64,000 bases of DNA from Minisyncoccota bacterium (GCA_041666225.1 JBAYHJ010000004.1:4350-68349); one strand, 5' to 3'; shown: positions 19,894 to 30,392, numbered from the stretch's first letter. A program made the numbers and translations. Notes: generated by a model not told the origin, from the letters alone.

Positions 19894-19983
19894 ATACCTA
19901 TTATTCTACTATATATTCATATTAAAAAAAAGAGCTCATCGTTTAGACAAGCTCATTTCATTTACAATAATTCATTATTTAAA

Positions 19984-20337
19984 TTAAATCCAACCCATAT
20001 TTGCAAAGGTTGAAACAGTTTTTTTAAATTGCTCCTCTTTTCTTTTAAGGTATTTGTAATATTCTCCCTTGTACAAAAAAAGAGTATACAACCAAGTAGA
20101 ACCATTCTCCAGCTCAGAGTAAACTCCGAGGCTTTCTAGTAAGAGAATATCTTCCTGATAGAAATCAATCCTTATCGCTTTAATAATTTTTAAGCCCTTA
20201 ACGTGAGCTCTTTTAATTAACTCCCTTAGATCAATTTCAATGTAATCTTCAGGTTCTGAGTGAAGTATTTTTTCAAAATCCTTATTTTCCCCAGATAAGA
20301 TAATTTCATATGATATTTTCTCTCTCTTTCTTTTCAT
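19984..20337 (-). CDS. Hypothetical protein
   Basis: 117-aa ORF filling the intergenic space; no motif recognised. Confidence 0.55.
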   Translation of the reverse strand: MKRKREKISYEIILSGENKDFEKILHSEPEDYIEIDLRELIKRAHVKGLKIIKAIRIDFYQEDILLLESLGVYSELENGSTWLYTLFLYKGEYYKYLKRKEEQFKKTVSTFANMGWI

Positions 20338-20404
20338 ATCATTTTGTTTTAAGTGAGTATTTTCTTCAGATTACTTCTTAATAACCCTAAAGTCAATATA
20401 AGGA

Positions 20405-20455
20405 TGTAGCAAGGACCGTCCTTGCTACACAGTCCTTGCTACACATCGCTACACA
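20405..20455. repeat. Palindrome followed by decaying direct repeats
   Basis: tgtagcaaggac-c-gtccttgctaca, then gtccttgctacaca and gctacaca. Confidence 0.75.
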
Positions 20456-20507
20456 TATATTTTAAGCAAATAGCAATGTCTTATTTTATATGATATATTA
20501 TCAATAA

Positions 20508-20689
20508 GCGAGAGGTCATTGAGCAAAACCTCCAAGAGCTTATGCTCCTTTGGAATACAAACTGTCGGTGTACCGAAACCTTGCTTCTGGATAGGTAACG
20601 AGACCAGAAGAATGTTTGTGTGAAAAAGTCAATAACCGTCAAAGATAATCGGACGGTAGTGAGAGGGTCACGTGTTGGCCCTCTTTTTT
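20508..20689 (+). ncRNA. Putative structured non-coding RNA (unidentified)
   Basis: GC-enriched, no long ORF; extended -10-like TGATATATT at 20491; several stems; ends in gagggtca-cgtgt-tggccctc + T6. Confidence 0.6.
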
Positions 20690-20719
20690 AATTTCATCTA
20701 CACCACCACTTAAATAACC

Positions 20720-21118
20720 TTAATTAGCAACAATAAGGATAGCTGAAGATATTATAGGTGCAATAATATGGAACCATGGATGCCATTTTTCGTAATCATT
20801 CTTTTTGTATCCATACCAGAAAAATACCAAAATTAAAGAAAGTAATATATAAAAAATAATTTGGTTATACCCTTCTATGTTTTGATAAGTATAGTAATAC
20901 ATATAAATAAAAGCACCTATTGCAAACATCCAATCAAGTTTTTTAAATAGATTAAAAGAAAAAGAAGTGGTTTTATTAATTTTATACCAATGATAGAGTG
21001 GAGAAAAAACTAAAAGTCCACTTGCTAAAAAGCAATATAGCCACTGATGATAAACACCTGCAAATATAACAGGTAGTACAAGAAATATATTCGAAATCAT
21101 CATCAATTTATTTTTCAT
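20720..21118 (-). CDS. Hypothetical multi-pass membrane protein
   Basis: About 5 hydrophobic segments; S.LYH, LD, H.WFH residues reminiscent of CREST-type membrane proteins. Confidence 0.6.
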   Translation of the reverse strand: MKNKLMMISNIFLVLPVIFAGVYHQWLYCFLASGLLVFSPLYHWYKINKTTSFSFNLFKKLDWMFAIGAFIYMYYYTYQNIEGYNQIIFYILLSLILVFFWYGYKKNDYEKWHPWFHIIAPIISSAILIVAN

Positions 21119-21193
21119 ATTATTTATTATCTTTTTTCCTCCAAAAGATTATTCAAATTAGGTTAAAATATGCTTATTATCAACAAAAAATCC

Positions 21194-21889
21194 CTATATC
21201 ACAAGTGCTAAATGTTCTAAAATCATTTTGACTGAAGCGCCGGGGGTGCTTAGATAAATACGGCTTTTTTGAATTTCTTCTAAAATAAATTTGATTTCAT
21301 TATTATTTTTATTTTTCTTAAATTTTTCGTAAGTTATACTTTCTGTTTCATTTACAAATTGCGTTGCATAATATCTCAACTGTCCACTATTCTCTTCGTT
21401 TTTATTATCTTTAATTAGTTTGGCGATAGTATCTATTCTTTCTTTTGGAGAAGATTTGAGAAAAGAATTAACTTCTTTTTTCAATTCAACATTATCTTCT
21501 TGGTTTGTTTTGATAATGTGAACCCTTGAAGTAATTGTTGGAAGAAGAACTGATGAGTCAGGAATAATAATGAAGAAATGGGTATTTATGGCTGGCTCTT
21601 CAATTATTTTCAAAAGCGTTTGCTCAGCTTCACGATTTATGAATTTGGTAGCCAAAATACAAATCTTTTTACCTTCAGTTACACCTTTTTTACTGTGCCA
21701 ATTTTTTATTTGACTACTATCGTCCATAGTAAATGATTCGTAAACTTGGCATAACACATCGGGACTATTTTTTAAAATTTCTCCACGAATTTCCAAAAAA
21801 CTCAAAAGATCCGGAGCTATAATAACTGGATCTCCTTCTATAACATAACTATGGTATAAATTGGTAGGAAACAATTTATCTAGGTTCAT
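21194..21889 (-). CDS. holB: DNA polymerase III delta-prime-like subunit
   Basis: HSYVIEG, EAEQTLLKIIEEP, LLPTITSR. Confidence 0.8.
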   Translation of the reverse strand: MNLDKLFPTNLYHSYVIEGDPVIIAPDLLSFLEIRGEILKNSPDVLCQVYESFTMDDSSQIKNWHSKKGVTEGKKICILATKFINREAEQTLLKIIEEPAINTHFFIIIPDSSVLLPTITSRVHIIKTNQEDNVELKKEVNSFLKSSPKERIDTIAKLIKDNKNEENSGQLRYYATQFVNETESITYEKFKKNKNNNEIKFILEEIQKSRIYLSTPGASVKMILEHLALVI

Positions 21890-21924
21890 TTTTAATTCTT
21901 AATTCGTAATTATTAATTACCTTA

Positions 21925-23001
21925 TCATTGTACCTCAATTGGGAAAATATCCGAAAGTTCTCCTGAGTAATAAAACTCATAAGCAATATCGCCAAAAGTA
22001 TAATCAACACTATTTATATTGATTATTGAACCTCCAACTTCAGGGTTTTCTTTTGGTACAGAGTAATAAAAACCAAGATTGTAAAGCGTTGCCAATATTT
22101 CTGGACGACTACTTATGTCGTATCCAGCTTTTTGCCATTGAGCTATTATCTCCTTCATATATAATCCAACATACAAATATGAATAATATGGGTCTTTGGC
22201 ATTGGTAATTCTATTCATTCTTTCTATTTCAATATCAGTATTCGCATTATAATCAACAATATGTTCCAAATTTGGACCTAAATAAAAAACTGAATTTTTA
22301 TTTTTTAAATTATCTTCTATAATTCCAACCGTCTTAGGTTTAAGTCCGGCAATACCAAAAGAAGTATTGGAAAGCGATGCTAAAATTTTTAATGGTTCAA
22401 AATAAGTTTTAAATGATTCCCTTCTATTATTAAAAAATCTAAATTGTTCACCAATAATTCCCCCTAATATAAGTCGTGGTGAAATTTGGGCATCTTTTGC
22501 TGCTCTTTTTATGATATCTTGATCGCGAGTAAATACTTCTTTCATTAAATTCCATTGATCCGTATCGGCCCAATTATAAGCAGATATTGGAATATTTAAT
22601 TCCTGAGAATATAGGGTAAAATTTTTACAATTATCTATTTCTTGTTTATAGGAATAATCATTTGTAAAACGCCTAGAAGCTGTTTCAAGCATTTTATTTA
22701 AAAGCTCATCACTCGCACCTTTAGTTAGTGTCTTATAAATATTGATTGAGGTTAATGGAGCAAATTTACTCAGTACATTTATCTTACAAACAATTTCTAA
22801 ATTATTACTATTATTTCCTTTGCTTAGACTTTTTTTATCGAGATTAAAATATGAATTGCGTTCGGAAACTGAACCTTTAACATTAAACCAATTAAATTGC
22901 ATTCCGAGATAGACAATAAAAAAAACAAAACCTGCCATCGCAAATCCCAATAATAATATACGAAAAGTATTTCGTTTAATTTTTTGATAATTTATTTTCA
23001 T
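21925..23001 (-). CDS. Membrane-anchored hypothetical protein
   Basis: N-terminal TM; GEQFR, SFGIAGLK, ILATLYNLG; overlaps mreB stop. Confidence 0.55.
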   Translation of the reverse strand: MKINYQKIKRNTFRILLLGFAMAGFVFFIVYLGMQFNWFNVKGSVSERNSYFNLDKKSLSKGNNSNNLEIVCKINVLSKFAPLTSINIYKTLTKGASDELLNKMLETASRRFTNDYSYKQEIDNCKNFTLYSQELNIPISAYNWADTDQWNLMKEVFTRDQDIIKRAAKDAQISPRLILGGIIGEQFRFFNNRRESFKTYFEPLKILASLSNTSFGIAGLKPKTVGIIEDNLKNKNSVFYLGPNLEHIVDYNANTDIEIERMNRITNAKDPYYSYLYVGLYMKEIIAQWQKAGYDISSRPEILATLYNLGFYYSVPKENPEVGGSIININSVDYTFGDIAYEFYYSGELSDIFPIEVQ

Positions 23002-24014
23002 TATTTTTTACTTAAAATACTTTTCTTGTAAGTATCGAGGTGGTTTAGCGCTTCACCCGTGCCTTTTGCAACACAAAGAAGTGGTTCATCTGCAACTCGT
23101 GCTTTTACTCCAGTTCGACGATAAATCAAATCCGCTAGATTTCGTATTTGAGAAGACCCTCCTGTCATAATAATTCCATCATCAATAATATCCGCCGCAA
23201 GTTCTGGTGGAGTAAGAGCAAGTACATCTTTAATCGCTCCAATCATAATGCGTAATTCCTTGTCTATCGCTCTAACTATTTCATTTGTTGAAATCTGAGC
23301 AGTTCGGGGAAGTCCTTGTATAAAGTCACGTCCCTTGATTGTAATCGTTAATTCTTCTTCAAGTGGAACAGCTGCACCGATTTTCATTTTAATAGCTTCA
23401 GCTGTTCGGTCTCCGATCGCTAGATTAAAAGTTTTTTTGATATAATCAGTAATAGCTTGGTCTATCTTGTCCCCGGCACATTTCACCGACGTTGAAGCCA
23501 CTATTCCTCCAAGAGCAATAACTGCTACATCTGTTGTTCCTCCTCCGATGTCCATTATCATGTAACCCTTTGATTCTTGTATTGGAATACCAGCCCCGAT
23601 TGCCGCTAAAATTGGTTCTTTCACCACATAGGCGTTCTTTGCTCCTGCCCTTATCGCTGCTTCAACCACAGCACGACGCTCTGTCGAAGTTATACCAGCT
23701 GGAACGGAGACCATAACATCTGGTTTAAATAAATTATATTTACCTAGAGTTTTAGTAATAAAATATCGAAGCATTGCTTCCGTAACTCTATAATCTGCTA
23801 TCACTCCATCTTTCATGGGACGATAAACAATAATACTCTCTGGGGTCTTACCAATCATGCTTTTTGCTTCAAGACCAATAGCAAGAATTGTATTGTCTTG
23901 CTCAGAAACCGCTACCACAGAAGGTTCATTTAGAACAATACCCTTACCAGGAAGATACACAAGTGTATTTGCGGTTCCCAAATCAATACCTAATTTTTTA
24001 GAAAATATACCCAT
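23001..24014 (-). CDS. mreB: Rod shape-determining actin homolog MreB
   Basis: GIDLGTANT, RPMKDGVIADY, DIGGGTTDVA, TPPELAADI. Confidence 0.97.
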   Translation of the reverse strand: MGIFSKKLGIDLGTANTLVYLPGKGIVLNEPSVVAVSEQDNTILAIGLEAKSMIGKTPESIIVYRPMKDGVIADYRVTEAMLRYFITKTLGKYNLFKPDVMVSVPAGITSTERRAVVEAAIRAGAKNAYVVKEPILAAIGAGIPIQESKGYMIMDIGGGTTDVAVIALGGIVASTSVKCAGDKIDQAITDYIKKTFNLAIGDRTAEAIKMKIGAAVPLEEELTITIKGRDFIQGLPRTAQISTNEIVRAIDKELRIMIGAIKDVLALTPPELAADIIDDGIIMTGGSSQIRNLADLIYRRTGVKARVADEPLLCVAKGTGEALNHLDTYKKSILSKK

Positions 24015-24092
24015 AATTTATATATAAACAAGGTGATTATAACATAAAAAATAAATTATGTTTATTTAAACTCTATGTGCTACGATATAGAT

Positions 24093-26045
24093 ATGTATAT
24101 AGCTACGGTTATACCACTTCAAAAAAATCCTCATCAAAAAGAATATCTTTCTTATTTTTCTGCGAATGATATTCCGATTGGAAGTATCGTTGTTATTCCA
24201 ATAAGAACAAAAACTATAGATGCGATAGTTATCAATATGGAAGAAGCAAGAGATATAAAATCTGATATAAAAAATGCAGACTACCAATTAAAAAAAATAA
24301 TTAAAGTTAAAGGTGATTCACCTTACAATAAAAGTTTTTTTCTGGCCTGTCAAAAAATTAAAACTTATACAGTGAGCAACACTGGTTCAATAATAAAATC
24401 TCTCTTCCCTTCTGCTTTTATTGAAAATATTATTAATCTTAAAAAAGTAAAAATTCCAGAAGGAGGAAATATTGAAAACATAAAACATGAAAAATTAATA
24501 TTTCAAGCAATCCCAGCCGACCGATTAGCTTTTTATCGAACACTTATCCGAGAAGCTTTTGCAAAAAAAGAATCTATTTTTATATGTGTTCCTACCCGTT
24601 ATGATATAGATCATTTCAATAAAGAGCTCGCCAAGGGAATAGAAAAATACGTTTTTACTTTTCATTCAGATATGACCAAAAAAAATTTAGTGAATACTTA
24701 TAATTCGGTCATTACTGAAATTCACCCTATTCTCATAATAGGTACTGGAATTTTTATGTCTATTCCTCGTCATGACATAAAAACCGTAATTTTGGAACAT
24801 GAAAGCTCCGATACTTATAAACAAATAGGAAGACCTTATATTGATATTAGAAGTTTTGCAGAAGTTTTATCATCAATTCAAAAAACAAAATTAATCTTCG
24901 GAGACACATTATTACGACCAGAAACTCTCTACCGGCATGAACAAGGAGAATTTGGTGAGATATCTTCACCTTTATATAGACTTCCACAAACTGAAAATCA
25001 AATAGTGGTTGATATGAAAGAAGAAGTGAGTGAATTGGGTAAAAAAATTTTCACAACAATATCTTCCACTACGAGAAAGATGATTGACGAAGCCTTATCC
25101 ATCAATAAATCTATTTTACTTTTTTCTATACGCAAAGGATTAGCTCCAATAACAGTTTGTAATGATTGTGGAAATACTCTTCTTTGTCCTTCTTGCTCGA
25201 CCCCTATTGTCTTATATGGAACAAAACAATTATCTGCAAATAAAACCACCACTCCAAGAATATTTATGTGTAATAAATGCGGGCATAAAGAAAAAACAGA
25301 AATTAGTTGTCCGAAATGTTCAAGTTGGAATCTAACTCCACTTGGTATTGGAACTGACAAAGTTTACGAAGAAATAAAAAATCTATACCCAAAAACAAAA
25401 ATTATTCAAATTGATAAAGAAGCAACTCCCACAACCAAAGAAGCTCGTGAAGCAATATTGGAATTTAATAATAATCCCGGAAGTATATTGATTGGAACTG
25501 AGATGGTCTTTACTTATCTTCAAGAAGAAGTTTATTGTAGTGCAATTGTTTCACTTGATGGTCTATTTTCTATTCCTAGTTTTAATATCACTCAAAAGAT
25601 ATTACATATTATAGAAAAGTTACATAACATCACTATTAAAAATCTAGTGATCCAAACAAGGATGCCTGAAAATAAAATTTTGCAATATATATTAAGCGGA
25701 AACGTGTTACCTCTTTGTCGAGAAGATCTTGTTGAACGTAAAGATTTCGGATATCCACCATTTAAACGACTTATAAAAATAACTTTTGAGGGGTCGGCTA
25801 GTGATACTGAAAAGGCTCGTAATTATATTGAAAATATTTTAGGTAATTATGAACCACAAATATTTAGTGCGTTTATTAGTAAAATTAAAGGTCAATATAT
25901 AACAAACACTGTTATAAAAGTTGATCCTAGTATTTGGCCATTACCGACCAATGATAAATTGTTGGTGGATCGAGACCTTTACCACGACTTATCTAAATTG
26001 ACTCCAGCTTTTGGAGTCAATGTCGACCCAGAAGATTTGCTTTAA
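24093..26045 (+). CDS. priA: Primosomal protein N' (PriA) with degenerate helicase motifs
   Basis: N-terminal 3'BD-like region, four CxxC pairs, GIGTDKV, IQTR.PE, YPPF. Confidence 0.88.
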   Translation: MYIATVIPLQKNPHQKEYLSYFSANDIPIGSIVVIPIRTKTIDAIVINMEEARDIKSDIKNADYQLKKIIKVKGDSPYNKSFFLACQKIKTYTVSNTGSIIKSLFPSAFIENIINLKKVKIPEGGNIENIKHEKLIFQAIPADRLAFYRTLIREAFAKKESIFICVPTRYDIDHFNKELAKGIEKYVFTFHSDMTKKNLVNTYNSVITEIHPILIIGTGIFMSIPRHDIKTVILEHESSDTYKQIGRPYIDIRSFAEVLSSIQKTKLIFGDTLLRPETLYRHEQGEFGEISSPLYRLPQTENQIVVDMKEEVSELGKKIFTTISSTTRKMIDEALSINKSILLFSIRKGLAPITVCNDCGNTLLCPSCSTPIVLYGTKQLSANKTTTPRIFMCNKCGHKEKTEISCPKCSSWNLTPLGIGTDKVYEEIKNLYPKTKIIQIDKEATPTTKEAREAILEFNNNPGSILIGTEMVFTYLQEEVYCSAIVSLDGLFSIPSFNITQKILHIIEKLHNITIKNLVIQTRMPENKILQYILSGNVLPLCREDLVERKDFGYPPFKRLIKITFEGSASDTEKARNYIENILGNYEPQIFSAFISKIKGQYITNTVIKVDPSIWPLPTNDKLLVDRDLYHDLSKLTPAFGVNVDPEDLL

Positions 26046-26072
26046 ATAAAAAGGTGTGATAATATATTGGTC

Positions 26073-26324
26073 ATGATTACCGTTATAGAAGTAAAGAAAA
26101 ACGCAAACGAAAGCAATATGAATCTTGTTCGCAGATTCACTCGAAAGGTCCAAGAATCTGGAATTATTCAAAAAGTAAAAAGTAAGCGTTATAATAAGAG
26201 AACTGAATCTAAGATTAAAGTTAAAGCAGCTACATTAAAACGTCTAGCTCGTAAAAAAAACCAAGAAAAACTTTTTAAATTAGGCAAAATAACTAAATTT
26301 ACTAAAAAGAGAGGTCACAAATAA
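26073..26324 (+). CDS. rpsU: 30S ribosomal protein bS21-like
   Basis: IEVKKN.NES...LVRRFTRKVQESG; basic. Confidence 0.8.
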   Translation: MITVIEVKKNANESNMNLVRRFTRKVQESGIIQKVKSKRYNKRTESKIKVKAATLKRLARKKNQEKLFKLGKITKFTKKRGHK

Positions 26325-26330
26325 AACTTT

Positions 26331-26717
26331 ATGATGGATGTAGGTTTCTGTACTATTACAAATAAAACAAAAGGCAAGCTTCCACGCTTGCCTTTTGTTT
26401 CTATAAAAAATAAAATTTTAGGAGAAAAATATGAATTTGGTTTAAGTTTATTAACCTCTCAAAAACAAAAACAAATAAATTTTCAATATAGAAATAAAAA
26501 TGAAACTACAAATATTCTTTCTTTTCCACTATCTGAAAACTCTGGGGAAATAACCATTGACCCAGCCAAGGTTAAAAAAGATGCACCTCTATTTAATATG
26601 AATTATACTCAATTTTTCAAATTCCTATTTATCCACGGTTGTCTACATTTGAAAGGTTTCGAACATAGTAGTACAATGGAAAGACAGGAGAAAAAATATC
26701 TCAAAATGTTTTCGTGA
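26331..26717 (+). CDS. ybeY: rRNA maturation endonuclease YbeY
   Basis: YRNKNETTNILSF, HGCLHLKGFEH. Confidence 0.93.
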   Translation: MMDVGFCTITNKTKGKLPRLPFVSIKNKILGEKYEFGLSLLTSQKQKQINFQYRNKNETTNILSFPLSENSGEITIDPAKVKKDAPLFNMNYTQFFKFLFIHGCLHLKGFEHSSTMERQEKKYLKMFS

Positions 26718-26740
26718 TTTTTGTCCTTCTTTTTTAACTT

Positions 26741-27916
26741 ATGAATAAAAATAATTATACTTGCGGCATAGATATAGGTACTCACTCTACAAAAGTTGTA
26801 GTGATGGGTTTTGATAAAAATAAAAATGAACCAATAATTCTTGCAACCGGATTATCACCTACTATTGGTATGCGTTTTGGTTATGTCACAAATATAGACA
26901 GCGTAACAGCTAGTATTAAAAAAGCAGTTAAACAAGCTGAGAATACCTTAGGGATAACTATTCGCAGGGCTTATGTTTCAATTGGAGGTATTAGTCTTTC
27001 TTCTATAGTCTCAACTGGTTCAGTTATAATTTCTAAGGCTGATCAGGAAATTACAAATCTAGATGTGACAAAAGTTATCGCCAATAGTGAAGAAAACCTT
27101 GATATTTTAAATAAAAAAATAATTCACACTATTCCTATTGGGTATAAATTGGATGGTAAAGATATTTACGCAAGACCCGAAGGTTTACACGGTATTAAAC
27201 TCGAAGTTAAAACTCTTTTCATAACTTGTTTGAAACAAAATATTGAAGACATAATCACTTGTCTTACTCTCGCAAAAATAGATATTGAAGAAATATCAGC
27301 TTCATCTCTAGTCACTGGAAATATTCTTTTGGGTAATAAACAAAAAATAGCTGGATGTGTACTTGTAGATATTGGAGCTGAAACTGTCTCTTGTATAGTA
27401 TTTGAAAATAACCTTCCTATATCAGTTACGGTCTTTCCTATTGGGAGTATGGATATCACAAAAGATATAGCACTAGGACTTAAGATTTCTCTTGAAGAAG
27501 CAGACAGCATAAAATTGGGAAGTGTAATAGGTGGAGATTATTCAAAGAAAAAAGTTGATGAAATCATTGAAGCTCGCCTTGGAGATATTTTTGAACTTGT
27601 CGGTAACCAACTCAAACGATTGAAACGCAACGAACTTCTTCCTGCTGGAATTATTATAACTGGTGGTGGTTCTCTTATAAACAATATTGATCAAATTGCA
27701 CGCACTCAATTAAAACTTCCAACAAAAATAGGACCAATAGATTCAACTCTTAATAATAAATTTAAAGTTCGTGATGCTACTTGGTATACAGCTCTCGGAC
27801 TTGCACTGTCTACAAGTGATGAATTTTCAAATAATCAATCAAATAATTCCTTGAGTGGAAATATGAAAGAAATAAAAAGTTTCTTCAAATCTATCTTGTC
27901 TCAACTTCTTCCTTAG
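26741..27916 (+). CDS. ftsA: Cell division protein FtsA
   Basis: GIDIGTHSTK, VDIGAETV, IITGGGS; precedes ftsZ. Confidence 0.95.
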   Translation: MNKNNYTCGIDIGTHSTKVVVMGFDKNKNEPIILATGLSPTIGMRFGYVTNIDSVTASIKKAVKQAENTLGITIRRAYVSIGGISLSSIVSTGSVIISKADQEITNLDVTKVIANSEENLDILNKKIIHTIPIGYKLDGKDIYARPEGLHGIKLEVKTLFITCLKQNIEDIITCLTLAKIDIEEISASSLVTGNILLGNKQKIAGCVLVDIGAETVSCIVFENNLPISVTVFPIGSMDITKDIALGLKISLEEADSIKLGSVIGGDYSKKKVDEIIEARLGDIFELVGNQLKRLKRNELLPAGIIITGGGSLINNIDQIARTQLKLPTKIGPIDSTLNNKFKVRDATWYTALGLALSTSDEFSNNQSNNSLSGNMKEIKSFFKSILSQLLP

Positions 27917-28031
27917 CTACAATAAGAAAACATAAAATAATATCTGTCAAACTGTTCCCTTTTTCTTAATTTCTGGTATTATGTACTTACATAAACTTAT
28001 TATTAATGAAAGACTTAAGTCTCACAAATAT

Positions 28032-29213
28032 ATGCCTAAATTAAATCCAGACATTGAATCATTCGCACGAATTAAAGTTATTGGTATTGGTGGTTCAGGA
28101 AAAAACGCCTTAAACCATATGATTAATTCAAAAGTCCGAGGAGTTGAGTTCATTGTAATGAACACAGATACCCAGGACTTACACAATTCATTAGCAGAAA
28201 AGAAGGTGCACTTGGGTAAAAATCTCACAAAAGGTTTGGGTGCTGGGATGAATCCAGAAGTTGGACGCCGTGCTGCAGAAGAAACAAAAGCTGAAATACA
28301 AGATGTCATCAAGGGTGCTGATATGATATTTATCGCTTGTGGTATGGGTGGTGGTACAGGAACAGGAGCTGCTCCTATAGTTGCTCAAGCTGCAAAAGAA
28401 CAAGGAATACTCACTGTCGCAGTTGTAACAAAACCTTTTTCTTTTGAAGGAAATCAGAGAATGAAACTTGCTGATCTAGGTTTAGCTGAACTTGAAAAAG
28501 AAGTTGATGCTATTTTAATAATACCCAACGACAGACTTATTGTTATCTCTGGAAAAGATGTTGGTTTTAGACAAGCTTTCGGAATGTGTGACGAAGTTCT
28601 TAAACAAGCCGTTGAAGGTATCTCTGAATTAATTACAACTCCAGGAATGATCAACGTGGACTTCGCTGACATCAAGGCTGTCATGTATGATGCCGGAAGT
28701 GCACTCATGGGAGTAGGAATTGCTGCTGGTGAAGGACGTGCAGAAAAAGCCGCACTTGCTGCTATTAATTCCCCTCTTCTTGATCTTTCTATTTCAGGAG
28801 CACGAGGAGTCCTCTTTGCAATATCTGGTGGAGACGACTTAACTATCCATGAAATCCAAGATGCTGCTAAAATAATAACTGAGTCAATCGATAAAGATGC
28901 AAAAGTTATTTTTGGAACAATCCGAGATGAAAAACTTAAAAAGGGTGAAATGAAAGTTACAGTTATCGCAACTGGCTTTCCTACTGATATGCCCAAACGA
29001 TCACTCTTTCAAATGGGTCAGACAAGAGCCGTAGAACAAACTGTATCAAATTCAACCAAAGAAGAAGTGGCACAAGCAGTCAAAAAAGACCTTTCTAAAA
29101 ATGAATCAACCGACTATATAAAGAAAACAGAAAAAATAGAAGATGATTTATTTATAGATGATACAGATGATTGGAGTACTGTTCCAGCATTCCTAAGGAG
29201 AAATAAGAAGTAG
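28032..29213 (+). CDS. ftsZ: Cell division protein FtsZ
   Basis: GMGGGTGTGAAP, NVDFAD, C-terminal VPAFLRR. Confidence 0.99.
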   Translation: MPKLNPDIESFARIKVIGIGGSGKNALNHMINSKVRGVEFIVMNTDTQDLHNSLAEKKVHLGKNLTKGLGAGMNPEVGRRAAEETKAEIQDVIKGADMIFIACGMGGGTGTGAAPIVAQAAKEQGILTVAVVTKPFSFEGNQRMKLADLGLAELEKEVDAILIIPNDRLIVISGKDVGFRQAFGMCDEVLKQAVEGISELITTPGMINVDFADIKAVMYDAGSALMGVGIAAGEGRAEKAALAAINSPLLDLSISGARGVLFAISGGDDLTIHEIQDAAKIITESIDKDAKVIFGTIRDEKLKKGEMKVTVIATGFPTDMPKRSLFQMGQTRAVEQTVSNSTKEEVAQAVKKDLSKNESTDYIKKTEKIEDDLFIDDTDDWSTVPAFLRRNKK

Positions 29214-29339
29214 GAATTAGGTTCTAGTGACTAGTTGTCAGCTTCTAGTAGAAACAACAATATGCTATACTAAGAAAATCATAAACATTGTTTATGATTT
29301 TCTTTTATCAATTTTCACATACTAAAAACTAATTAATAT

Positions 29340-30266
29340 ATGTACGATTTAATAATATTAGGAGGAGGGCCAGCAGGTACTGCAGCTGCAGTATATGCAG
29401 CCCGAAAACAATTAAAAACTGCGATTATCACAAATGAGTTTGGTGGCCAATCTATAGTGTCAGAAACTATATATAACTGGATAGGCACACCAGAAATTTC
29501 AGGAGCCGAACTGGCTGAAAATCTTAAAAAACATACTCTTTACTACAAAGGACCTTTTTTGGATATAGTAGAAGGAGAAAAAATTACTGAAATAACTAAA
29601 AATAATAATTCATTTATAATAAAAACAGAGAGTGGTAAAACCTATGAAAGCAGGTCTGTTTTGATAACTACAGGGAGTAGTAGAAGAAAATTGCAAGCAA
29701 TAAATGCAGATTTATATGAACACAAAGGAATAACATATTGTGCTTCTTGTGATGGACCAATGTTTGCTGATCAAGATGTCCTTGTTATTGGCGGAGGAAA
29801 TGCTGCTTTTGAGACATCTATCCAATTACTTGCTTACTGCAAGAGTGTAACTCTGATACATCGAAGTGCTGAGTTTAGAGCTGATCAAATAACAATAAAT
29901 AAAATTTTACAAAATCCTAAATTCAAAGCTATTACAAATGCTGAAATATTAAAAGTTGATGGTGACAAATTTGTTAGTTCTCTTACATATAAAGATAAAA
30001 TTACGGGAGAAGAAAATACCCTTGAAACAACTGGCATCTTTGTAGAAATAGGACAAACTCCAAATACTTCATTTGCAAAAAATATTGTTGAAATTGATCA
30101 AATTGGCAAGATAGTAGTTGACCCAATGACTCAAATGAGTTCAACCCCTGGTATATGGGCCGCTGGTGACTGTTCTAACGGCAGATATCACCAAAATAAC
30201 ATTGCGGTCGGCGACGCTGTCAAAGCTCTCGAAGACGCATATATTTGGATACATAAAAATAAATAA
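29340..30266 (+). CDS. trxB: Thioredoxin reductase / AhpF-like FAD disulfide reductase
   Basis: GGGPAG, CASCDG, GGGNAA, AAGD. Confidence 0.9.
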   Translation: MYDLIILGGGPAGTAAAVYAARKQLKTAIITNEFGGQSIVSETIYNWIGTPEISGAELAENLKKHTLYYKGPFLDIVEGEKITEITKNNNSFIIKTESGKTYESRSVLITTGSSRRKLQAINADLYEHKGITYCASCDGPMFADQDVLVIGGGNAAFETSIQLLAYCKSVTLIHRSAEFRADQITINKILQNPKFKAITNAEILKVDGDKFVSSLTYKDKITGEENTLETTGIFVEIGQTPNTSFAKNIVEIDQIGKIVVDPMTQMSSTPGIWAAGDCSNGRYHQNNIAVGDAVKALEDAYIWIHKNK

Positions 30267-30272
30267 AACGTA

Positions 30273-30373
30273 ATAAAAGTATTCTCGAGCGAACCCTTGC
30301 GCAGGCCGACTGGGCCGAGCAGAGCAAAATCTCAGCAGAGATTTATGCGTGGTGAGTCCGAGAATATTTTTAT
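30273..30373. repeat. GC-rich ~100-bp element with terminal inverted repeats
   Basis: ataaaagtattctcg ... cgagaatatttttat (14/15 complementary) enclosing internal hairpins. Confidence 0.6.
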
Positions 30374-30392
30374 GGAGTGTTTATGAAAAAAA

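Noticed and set aside
20508-20689. RNase P RNA or tmRNA identity for the structured RNA
   Set aside because: No GAGGAAAGTCC P4 signature, no tRNA-like ends or tag ORF, and too short.
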